The translations under genes and the position numbers were made by a program. A DNA stretch of 45,776 bases from assembly GCA_000934665.2 (NCBI GenBank), contig JYFJ02003160.1, positions 1-45,776 on the forward strand. Reading direction: 5' to 3'. Position 1 is the stretch's first letter. Each line of letters starts with the position of its first letter. Under the pieces are notes generated by a model. The model made no database searches, was not told the DNA's origin, and saw only the letters and a program-made list of their open reading frames with translations. The stretch comes from Catajapyx aquilonaris (Eukaryota). Shown one piece after another: positions 13,879 through 25,300 of the stretch.

Positions 13879-16333
13879 ACGGGTTCACTTGTGTTCACAG
13901 GTTGGGCAAAAAGCTTTTCTGAATCTCCTGGAGGTTCAGTGTCCGCTTGGCAGCGCCAGAAACAAAATTATGCGGCCGGCATCCAGTGCTGCAGGTCACC
14001 AGAGTCATCGTACAAAGCTGTCATCTGCTGATGCAATTACGCCGTTCTGGATTCCTGGCTGGATGTAATTAAGCCATTGATCGACAGGAAGGCCCCGCCC
14101 CATTTATGCTGCTCTCGACTCATCACAAGGCTCCCCCACACCCTCTCCCTCCGAATTCACAGCCGCGCAAAAACCCGATTCTTCACTTTGCACCGCATAT
14201 TAATCATCCCCGTGGCACACAGGCACTGGGGTGGTTTTATTTCCTACCTTAGACACGGCTTCATTCCCCACCCCTTAGGAAGGAACCCTCCTTTATCGGT
14301 TTTCCGACTGGTTTTTGCTCCCTGATGAGAAACCCAGCTGCGAATTCGCAAGTCAGACTCGCAGACTAAGATGCAACTAAGATCCCAATTTTGCTACAAG
14401 TGCACCTGTGCAGTGTCAATTATCTCCATGTGCTGTACACTCATTTCCTGCAATTATTTTCATTACACAATTCAACATTAGTCACGTGGAAGCATCTTAG
14501 CTTCCCTCGTCTTAACACGTTTGTTTGTAAATTCCCAGCATCAATTATTGTGAAGTCTGGAGGTGCCTCCGTGTGAAGATATACCTTCGGGAAATGGCAC
14601 AGCATTTCGCAGGCTTCACACCCGCCTGGAATCCCCTCCGTTGTTTCGCATATGAATTAACAAGCCTGGGAAAATCCAGGGACAGCACCCCATCAATTTA
14701 GGTCCGGCCTTTTGTCTTCCCATCCTGCTGCCTCCCTGTCTTAATGGAGGATGCTAAGGGTGCTAATGTCTTTCAACTTGTGTTAAGGTGGGGGATGACG
14801 GTACAGCCACGATACTTACCGCGATACACAAGGTGGTACACTGTCCAAGTACACAGTAACACTAGAGAGTGTTGGTCGGTGTCTTTGGAAAATGGACCAC
14901 CCTGTAGGCATAAATGAGACCACCCTCCAAGTTTGATGAGGCCGACGAGGAATCCAATTAGCGCCCACTAAGAAGTGCATTGTTGGTCTAGAACAATGAC
15001 GTTCTTGGCTAGGACATCCCACCTATTTATGACAATTTTTTTTTGCAAAAATATTTGCAGCATGATGAGGCTGGTATGCGGTTTGTTAGCTTGCAGCGGG
15101 TCCAGTGTTTTTTTTTTTGCTGGAATTCGTAAATTTATGACGCCGTGTGTTAATCCTCTCTGGCGGATTCATGTCCTGCGAATCCTATTATGAATGTTGT
15201 TTCTTACCGCAATCTGTCGTCAGGGACGGTTCCTGTGGTCTGGCTCCACAAAAGGTGGTTTTCGCGTAATTACAAAATTGCATGCAGGCTGGTAAAACTG
15301 CGTGTGATTCGCCAAAATTCACGCCCGTAATGTTTCTACTAAAATGCTGCTAATTGGCGTAAGAGCATTCAATGCTCTTCAGCAACGCATTTTTTTTTTT
15401 TACCTACTACTCATGCCGTAGTCCTAGTACTTGTTATTAAGCAGCCTTAAGCAACAATTCATCCTGATATTATATTACAGTACCATATTTCATACAATGG
15501 GACAAATTACAACTTTTTTATTCATTTCAGATTTCACATACAGAGGCGCGAATATTGACATTCAGCAGATTCATCACAGCGGAAATTTACCTTTCTTAAT
15601 ACAAAATGAGGAAATTAAAAAAGAGGGTATTATCTACGGCTTGCCTTTTTGTTTAATAAAAAAAAAATCTCACGTCAGTTGGCGAGCACAACTCTCATTA
15701 CTTGTATGGAATACTGCTAATGAGAGCTGTGCGCTCCAATCCAGGCCAAATGCAGTCATGTGTCAGCTCGGGGGTTGACGCTGTGTGAACCATTGTTTCC
15801 CTCCGGCACAAACCATTGTTCAAAAGTTTAATTTGAAGGTATATGCAAATGGGGGAGGTCCACGTGAATAGACGACGATACCTCTAGTGAATGCCGGAAA
15901 CAAGCTTTGCATATATCCAAATGGGGAAAATACCGAGAGTGGGTCCTGCTCCCGTAATTATCCAAATGACATTTTGTAATCTATGACTCGACACCAGAGA
16001 CAAATCCATCCCGATTCCCAAACAAAAAAAAAACTAGTCTACACTGACACGGAATTACTCATGCGGTTGCGCTGTTCAATGTATTGCAACGGGGATCTAA
16101 TGGAGCTTGCAACTCGCCACATATTGAGTTATCACTAGGATTGTCATGTACCGCGGCTCTAAAAACGAGCGTGGGAAACTATGACTGCAGCTTTAATTTT
16201 CCGCTTGTTCCCGGATACACTCCCAAAATCACCATCGGATTTTAGCTCATTACCATGTAATTAATTTCATCCCCTGACTGCTGCCAAAGGATGTGTTGTT
16301 GTTGCCAGAAAAATTACGTCCAAAAAAAGGTGT

Positions 16334-16397
16334 CTATTGCTTCTTCGCACCATGGGCACTGACCTGATGTCGGACCAATGCATCAGACCGAGTATAT
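16334..16397 (-). CDS. hkb-like exon 4 (end of finger 4 and stop)
   Basis: Acceptor ttttcttacacttcag|a; reads (R)[20 protein letters not shown] with TAG at 16336-16334. Confidence 0.85.
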
Positions 16398-19300
16398 CTG
16401 AAGTGTAAGAAAACAGTATCATTTTTTTCCCCAACCATCATCCAGTCCCTATTGGCTTTATTAAAAAGCGATGGCACACCCTGCAGGCAAAAACCCAGGC
16501 ACAGAAGCAATTTGCATGTTCAAACCAAAAAAAAAAATGCATTCACATTGCTGGCAAGCATTTCGAAACGTGCCATAATTGCGCTCATTGGAACGAGAGA
16601 GCATATGAAAATGGGCAGGCCACGTATTATCTGATTTCACCACCGGATTTACAATGATACTAATTGATCACCCTGCAAATTCCGTCAGGCCACAGAATCC
16701 AATACCCGTCGAAATGAAGCTTCCCTCCTGATTAAAAAAAGCAGGACAACACACCTTGGAGCAACTGAAAGCAACCTCTATTCCCCATGATGTCCCCTTC
16801 AAAAAAAAAAAGGGTCAGGAAAATCTCTCTCTGGAGGCACCGGCCTGAAGCACCTTCCCTGAATCAACACCGCAGTGTTGTTTCTGGCCCCGAATTAAGT
16901 GCCAGCAGCCGCCACCCTGAAAGGTCACAGGGCTTTTACTTCAACCCCAACGGGTTCCCCGGTTAAAAAATAGGTCCGGAAAAAGTACGGCAAAGGCGTG
17001 TTACTGCGATGTTGGACAGGTCTTACAGCACTGGTCTACGGGCGCATTAGACGGTGATGCTAGCCCAAAGTTGCTCAAACTTGTCTGAGTCACGAACACA
17101 GCGAGTCGGAGGCAAACCCGTGGAATCCACTGAACAACACGCCCTTCAATTTTTCATGTAAATCTATACGCAATTATCATTAGGTGCAGTAGACAGCCGA
17201 GTGCAATAGGAGATGGGGTTGCTGCTCTCTTTAATTAGTGCTAATTATCTTCAGTAAGGAGGCTGACCAAATTACATCCTTACATAAAATGATCACCTGG
17301 TACCCAACACTTCCAGGAAGTTTCTCAGAATCATTACGAAACACCCTGTGTATTACATTCCGCGTTTTAATTCGCCAGTCCGTCCGGTTTGCTGGGTGTT
17401 TATACTGTTTATACGGCGTCGTAATGTCCGCTTCAACACCCCCCATTCCGCCGCAATTACGCTAAAAAGTTACAGCACGAGATGTGTTGGCCAGAGAAAT
17501 TGATACAACAGAAGCATGCGAACAACATTAACCCATCAGTAAGATTGGTGTAAGTGCACTCCAGACGAGTCCTAAAATCCGGCCACATTGCACTGTTAAA
17601 AAAAACCAGTGATGCTCTAACAGCACAGGATCGCCCAAAAAGTGATCTGTCCACCAAAAAATACAGTAGTTTTTTTCTTGGCTTGGGTCCCATTCCACTC
17701 ACGCCAAGCACGCAATTTAACCGCACCTCACACAATGTCCAGATTTTCCTCTCAGCACAAAGTGGATTTTCATTGCCCCCGGACCTCGTCCTAAAGAGGA
17801 TCCACAATGCATGAGGATCAAAAATTCAGGGAACTGGTTCTGACTGCCAAAAAAATGTGCTTGCATCCACTTCCGCATCCTAAAACCCAGCATTTTCTAT
17901 CACATTTCCGGGGCTTTTCTTATAGGGTAATCCCACAGTGCGTTGACAGATCAAACACAAGAGACAGACGGAATGTAAGGGGGATTGGAGGAAAGTGTCA
18001 ATAGTAGGCGACGGCAAGAGGCTTAAACTGAGAGCCTCTCCCTAGTTTCAAGGCAAGGAAAAAAAAAAAGGTTTTATTTTTTAAAACCCTTACCTATTTC
18101 CGCAGCCTGAGACGCTGCACAAGTAAATCCTCTTCTCCGAGGCTTTTAAGTGAGTCTTCTTATGCTTAGTTAGGTGATCCTTCCTGGAAAACGTCTTCTG
18201 ACAGTCCTGAAAACAAGACAGGAATCAATACATGCCACTTTGTCCGAAACAATTATTTTTTTAAAAAAACAATGAAGCGGCATATATATATCCCGCTTCA
18301 TTGTTTAAAAATGGTTTAAATGGTTTAAAAATATATTAGTATGAGATTTGGGAAATTAGCTAAACTATACCTACAATTCCACCACTTTTCAGCAACAAGT
18401 CGATAGGTTAGTCGATAGGTTCAAAAGTTACTCAAATTGGCGGGGGAAAAATTGGGCGTAGCCTAAGGGCTCATTCGGACTCCTGCCATCTGGGGGAGGC
18501 AACTATATATACGTATTTCTTCAAACAAAAAAAAACTGCAAAATTCATTTAAAAATATTGACGACTTTTTTTTTACATCTGTTTACACTATTTGGGCTAT
18601 AGGACCCCCATTGCATACTACATCGGACGAAAATGGTTGGAGCGAATATTAGGACCGTGTAATCATCAGACGTGGATCAAACGAGGTTCCAAATCAGTAG
18701 GGGGGTCAAGGCCTATCTGTTATGCATGCGATGCTGTCTGCACCAGAGGCGGATGCAGCGCCAAGCAAGAAGCAGCCTCAGAGTTCATCTAATTAGGAAC
18801 GGAGGAAATCCGGACGGACGTGATGTATGGGAGGGGCTATACCTGCCTTTTAGGATTAAAATATCAAAGAGGATATATATAGGCATGTAGGGTCTAAGAA
18901 CAGGTTACAGTATGGAGCAATCGATGTGCTGGAGGGGGGGCCAAAAACTGTTAAAATAATACATGCGAGGGTGAGGTCAGAGGGCAGAGCTCTCGAGGGG
19001 GGGTAATCCTCAGATCCGAATTTTCTAAAAATGCAAATGAGTCCGCTCATGAATGAATATGAATGCATCGGTCGATTCAAACCGGTTCACAGTTCATTCG
19101 CTGTGTGACAACCCAATCGGGAAAATAGTACAGTCAGAATAAAACTAACATTACTGTTAGAGGTACTTAAAAAAAAGTGTTTACATCACGCTGCTTGCCT
19201 CTAACAGTAAGTAAAAATTGGTGTTACAGCAAATTGATTCTCTTTGGAATATCGCTTTTTTGTGGCGCAGCTGTTCATAACTTTAATCAATCATTCTGCG

Positions 19301-22300
19301 CTCTGGTTACCCTTCAAATAACGGAATTTGCATGAGTAAATGGCCCGGAACATTCGCTCAGTAAAATCTAGCGGCGTATTTTGCGGCGATTGGCATCTTT
19401 GGTTGTCCCAAACAACAGAGTCCCTGGGCAACAATACAATGTTTACATGGTGACTTGTATTCTAAACAAGTCCCCCATCAGACCCTTGAAGTTACGGACG
19501 TGTCAGTCCAGGGCTCTACCTCTCTTTGCCCCCCGTCCAAACATCCGCAAAGAGCCATGGCTCCTAAGGTCAACTACAACCGGTTGATCCTGAAGGCCAT
19601 CTGCGGACTGCAGGACCGTGGAGGGTCATCCATGGCCAGGATCAAGGAGTATGTGGCATCCCACAACCAGGAGATGACCGAATCCCAGCTGAGCCGAGGA
19701 TTGGTCTTGGCTCTCAAGAGAGGGCTCGTCGACGGCCTGTACAGCCAGTCGGACAGGGGGTCATTCCGGGTCACCAGGAAAGGGGTCAGTTGCATTCACA
19801 ATTTGTCACCATTTCATTTTTGCGGAACACCATTGTTGCTAATGACTACTGTCGTCAACAACAGTTGGTAATAACATGGCCTGTTTTTCAGAGGCGCGAG
19901 TCGACGTCAACAGCCCTGGATCGTCGTACCGCTTGCAACGGGCACATCCACCACCACAAAAGGAAGAAGGGGAAGAAGGGGAAGAGACGTGGAGGATGCC
20001 GAGGACTAGGAGGAAGGAAGAGGAGGAAGGGAAAGAGGAGGAGGAAGGGAAAGAGGAGCAGGAAGGGAAAGAGGAGGAGGAAGGGAAAGAGGAAGGGCAA
20101 ACGTGGATGCGGATGCTAAGAAGGGCAGATGCGGACGTAAGTGTTCACACTGGCGTCCATGTCTTTTGGGGGGTGTCCATCGACCCAATGACAATTCTTC
20201 TCTTGATTTGGTCAAATTTCAGGTTTGACCCCTTGGAACCCCAGGAAAAGTGGCAACGACGAAGCAACATTGGTCCGCCTCAAGAGTCGAGGTATTTATC
20301 AGCATCCAGGCTTTTTTTTTACACCCGGAGGCACCAAATTAAAAGTGTGGAAGAAAGTGTCGCGATAGTAGATCTGGCAACAGAGCAACAACCTTTTCGA
20401 TCGGAATAAACTGATAAAATTCAACTGCGTAATTTTATTATTGAACTTGTAGGAACTTGCAAGTTGTTCCAACCTGCAGTTTGTTGACAGTCAGGTTGAG
20501 TTGGTACGGTTTGCATTTGGAGTTAGCGCAACTGGAAAACAACAATTACCATGACCACGGTAGCTAATCGCAAAATGGTTGCACGTTGACAAACGATAGT
20601 TTTTTTTTTTTAAATAAGCATATTACTTGCGGGGTCATTTCCGCTGAAATCTTGGTTCAGATGGTCTATACCATGCAGTGGGACGGTTCGGCGTGTGACA
20701 GATGATAATTTTATAAAATGAACTCATGAACGGAATTGCACAGTGAATGAACCTAGCTAAGAGACCTGACTCTTGCCCCCCATCCCAGACAATCCTAGAA
20801 TCGCCAAACTTGCAGCCATTCCGGGATAACTAGGGCTCATCGCAGATGCTGAGAGCCTACCTGACTTATCGAGCAATCCAGGGCACCCCCGAAAGGGGAA
20901 GGCCTGCAGCAGGAAAGTTGAAAACGAATGAGAACCTCTCTTCTTCCCTAACAACCCCCTGTTAAACATTGGGAGGGGGGGGGGGGTAACTGCCTTCCTG
21001 CTTGATGATGATGATGAGCCAGATAACGATGATGGCTGCGTAGATTGTGTTAAAAGATATTCCTCCCATGGGGAAAAGGACTGTGACGGTGTCGCCCCTT
21101 CTTAACCTCCCCAAGATGCTACTTCGCCCCGAACAAGAACATCCATTTGTAACTCAAAATGTCTTCCGCAAACCTCCTTTTTTCCAGTTTGTTTTACAAT
21201 AATAATAAAAAAACTTCATTCAAACGGTCGTTCAACCCCAATCACTCTATATAATGGCGCAGTATCCGACCAGTTCACGGCATGCAAATGAGCCGCGATG
21301 GACTTTCCCAGCATCGGTTTGCATTACCAGTAATTATTTACGCATACAGTGGAGAGTGGTACACTCTTCTTCGAGTTACAGTTTCATGAGTTGCGGTGTG
21401 ACACTCGCGGATAAACAGCAGTGGAGTGACACCGTCACAACAGTTTACATCCAACCAACCTCTTGAGAGCTTAGCGGCTAGCTGCAAGTGCCTCGAGTTT
21501 TAAGCATCACGTACAGTGCAGCTCCCCAAACTACTGTAATTACGGCGGTTTGTCCCCCTGGAAAGTGGAAGGCTTCTACTTTGAAGGAAGGAGAAAAAAA
21601 AAGTATATTGAGTTACTTAAAAGTTTGGAAAGGACATCTATGACAGACTAGGCCTGTGCGGATGTTCCAGACAGAAAACGCCACAAAATTCTGTCATAAT
21701 ACCACAAGTTTATCCTGACTATTCGGAGCAACCCTCCATACATGAGTGCTCAGCGGGCAGTCCGACTTGCAGGATAAACGTCCTGCAAATTTTATTATGA
21801 AAAAATATTGCTGTCATTTTATATCTCGTCCATCTCGTCCATGACCTCCAAGGCAACCGGGTTAAACTAAAATAATATATTGATTGAAAGATGACGCTTC
21901 TAACAATTCCAGTGCCACCTGCACCCTTTTTCCTTCCCTTCTGACACTTCAATATCACAGCGTCAGATCCAGGTTGGTCGCAGAAGGAAGAGAAATGTTC
22001 ATTTTCACCACCCCCGCAATCCTCTTCTTCTCCGATCCCAAAAAACTCATTTTTTTAACCAAAAAAAAATATGGGGTAGGGGGGAGGGGGGGTATAAGCC
22101 TTAGAGCAGATATAGAGGAGAGAAAAAAGCCGGCCTGGTGATGAATGGGAGCACTTCTCCGAACTCTCCCAAGTGTCTCCAGGCTGATAAATATTCATGA
22201 TACAATATGTGCTGGATTCCATTCCTATACCTTTACTCATTCACCTGCGCAATTTTTTTAAAAAAATTAATCGCCTTTTTAAAAAATTCCCCAATGCTCA

Positions 22301-25300
22301 TGTTACACCTGCAGCCCCGCCACACTTTTCGTATTAATTGGCAATTAATTGGCTCATTAACACTGATTAATTGTAAATATTCAATATAATGTACTACATC
22401 ATTTTGTACTAAATTGGTCATAATGGCTCGTAACGATATTCAATGCATATATCCACTTGTTACACTGTATTTAAGAAGCAGTTATTGGATGGAAGGTGTT
22501 ATGCAATAATGTGTCAACCCACGAAAAAATGTCAAAATTAAGTTAAGCCCAAAGGATCGTACTTAATTCAGTTAAAAATCAAGCTGGCGAAATCTTCATA
22601 CTTCTGCCATAAATGACCGAAAAGGACACTGTGTGACATTCAAAGCCCCTTTTCTCAGAACTGTGGGTTGACTCATTATTGTATAACCACCGTCCACATA
22701 ATCGAACTGATGAAAAAAAAAATTCCTAGTTTTTAACATATCGACCACAGTAATTGAATGAAAAACAAATTTTGCCTGCTGACGCCGCAAGCAAATGCTG
22801 GTTTTCCCAAGATTAGAAACATTGATGAGAAAATGAAGTGTTGGCAACGTCAATCTAAGAACCGCTAATTATTGGGTGTTGGCACAAGAAGCCCTGAGAA
22901 AAGTTTTTGGGACCTTGTGTGCTGCTTCCAGGGCAGTTTATACACACAACAAGTTTTCTTCCGACAGCCTCTCATCTGGGGCAGAACACGATGTCTGCAG
23001 CTAGCAGCACTAGTTCTCAACTTAAATATTTCATCTCAGCAGTTGGCTTGCTGCGGACAGAGAATGGCAACAACAAAATTGAGAGCAGAAAGAAAAGGAA
23101 AAAAAACTTGCTTCCGTACAACTACAAAAGCGGACTTCCACAGACGGATGCCTTAATGCATAATTAAGAGATCAATTAGGCAGCAGCCTGCCCCTCCCTA
23201 ATTAAACCCTTGTTATCGCCATTTCGCAACAAACTCTTGAGGAGCACTCGGGTTAAAACGCAATTACAACGTCTGAGTTGTGGGGGTTTTCAGCATTTTG
23301 GGGAGAGTTCAGTGTTTCTTTTTTTTTACAATTCTCCAGGATTAATCCCATGGCACTACACAAGCCAGGGAGTCACAACTTCCCTCATCTGTCAGTGCAA
23401 GTTTGGAAAAATATTGGCTTTTGGAGCTTAAGTGTGCCAGGAGCCAAAAATAAAAATCCCATTGAAGATCCCACCACCTTTTCCTGTGGTGTCAACATAA
23501 TCGATAAACGGTTTTCATCAGTTAGAAACACTGTTCCTTTTGGTTGCATACTGGAATATACTTAATTCTTTTCCAGTAATACAAAAAAGCAAAGTCATTT
23601 ATGTCTTTGTTGGTATTTAATGCATGCAAATGATCAAGTGTGACAGTAATAACTCCCTACAAGAAATTACTGGCAACGTGCTGATCTGTGCAATGTCCAC
23701 AACCATAAGCTTCAACTCTGCCTGCTAGAGCTGAAGCGCATTGTTTAGTATGACCTGGAAACAGGAAGTTAAGCAAATGGGTGGTGACATGTTGAGGTGG
23801 ATTATCTCCACACGTGTTGTTAGATTTTATCGGTAGCGATGGCGGAGTGAAATGCTTTCAACTGTGCACACATGGCTTGGCATGTCTCACTGAATTTCAG
23901 CACTCTCCTGAAGTGTAATGCACTTCAACACACCCACCAATAATGCCTTCCTGGCCCTTTCCTGCTATAAAAATAGGGAAACCGCGTCTCCAGGAATCAA
24001 TATCAAACATGTGGAATTGCCTGCAGGCATGCCATGTGTCAAGTGCTACCAGCTCGCAAAGTCATAAGTCAGCAATGAAAGTAATAAGTATATTACACGT
24101 ACCATAAAAATTATACATGACATGAAGTTGCAAAATAATCATGTGAGTCAACCATCATGCACGTTCAGCCAAATAATTGCATCAGTCCCTTCAAGGCAAA
24201 ATCCAATAGATAACTTTTTTGACCAAAATTGAATTGTTCGGGCCAATAAAACTTCCATATTGAATAATTTACGCTTCATAATAGGTACAGGCAGTTCAAG
24301 TAATAACAAGGAAAATTAAATATTCAAATTAGCAAAGGGAACTACTAAACTGTCAGGCTTAATTTATTGCACCAGTACTGGACTAAAAAGGAAGAGCTCC
24401 TGCACAGTACATTGCCTATTAATATTTCATTAATAATGCAGAATATTCAACTAACACGTTGCTAAAGTTTTAGTTGGTCACCTACTTCCCTATGAACTTA
24501 CGTGGCATATTTACAGGCGTGATCATTCAACAAGTTGGGAAAAATGGACAGTCAACCAGCGATTGCCAACAGAAAAACTATCAGCTTTACCTTTCTAATG
24601 ACCTTACACAATGTCTACATGCCAATCAATTGAAGTAACTTCATACCTGGCACAGAAATGGTTTGTCTCCGGTGTGGACACGGCGATGTCTAGTGAGTTC
24701 CTCGTTGCGTGCAAATGACCTTGTGCAACCAGAGACGTGGCACTGGAAGGGTTTTTCACCTGCAGAGAAACCACATAAATTGACGTTATAGAATATAGAG
24801 GGGTCATACACCTATAAGAAGTGGGACATATCTATTAAATTTTTTATGGCTTTACGTGGAAATTGCAAGGAGTGCAAGCGAGATACAGGTCTGAATTATC
24901 CCCCTGACTTTCTCTGCAGTGTCAGGTTTCCTTTTCAATAATATTCAGGCAGGGGGAAATTAGTTTTGACGGAATTCCTATATTGGCAAGTGAAGAGTCA
25001 TCTGGAAAATTGATAGGAAGGCTCTCTTGCCACTTTGATTATGCCAAGCTGAAATAAGGCTGGCAATTCACTCTTTGCAGTTTGATAAGAAATTTGAAAA
25101 TAAGCTTTCTTCTGCTGAGCTGTAGAAGAGAAAAAAAAATTCATTTAACATTTTTTTAGATAAACTGACGCTCGACTTGGCTCATTGCCTTTGAAGGTTT
25201 ATGAAAATTCGACAAAGCAATGTGCTAAGTGTTAATCTGCCAGGATGAAACACCCTGACGTCATTCACTCCCACTTCAAATCGCAATATTAAGAAATTCT

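Noticed and set aside
16170..16177. Su(H)/CSL site CGTGGGAA (also reversed at about 6528 and about 37874)
   Set aside because: Isolated 8-mers at roughly chance frequency for 46 kb, with no paired-site architecture.
19876..20409. 177-aa acidic ORF as the real product
   Set aside because: The splice phase from the H15 exon selects the basic frame; the ATG of the acidic ORF lies inside the intron.
20757..23760. Additional nested exons in the hkb-like intron
   Set aside because: Several acceptor-like sites examined lead to early stops or unrecognisable peptides; no coherent gene model.
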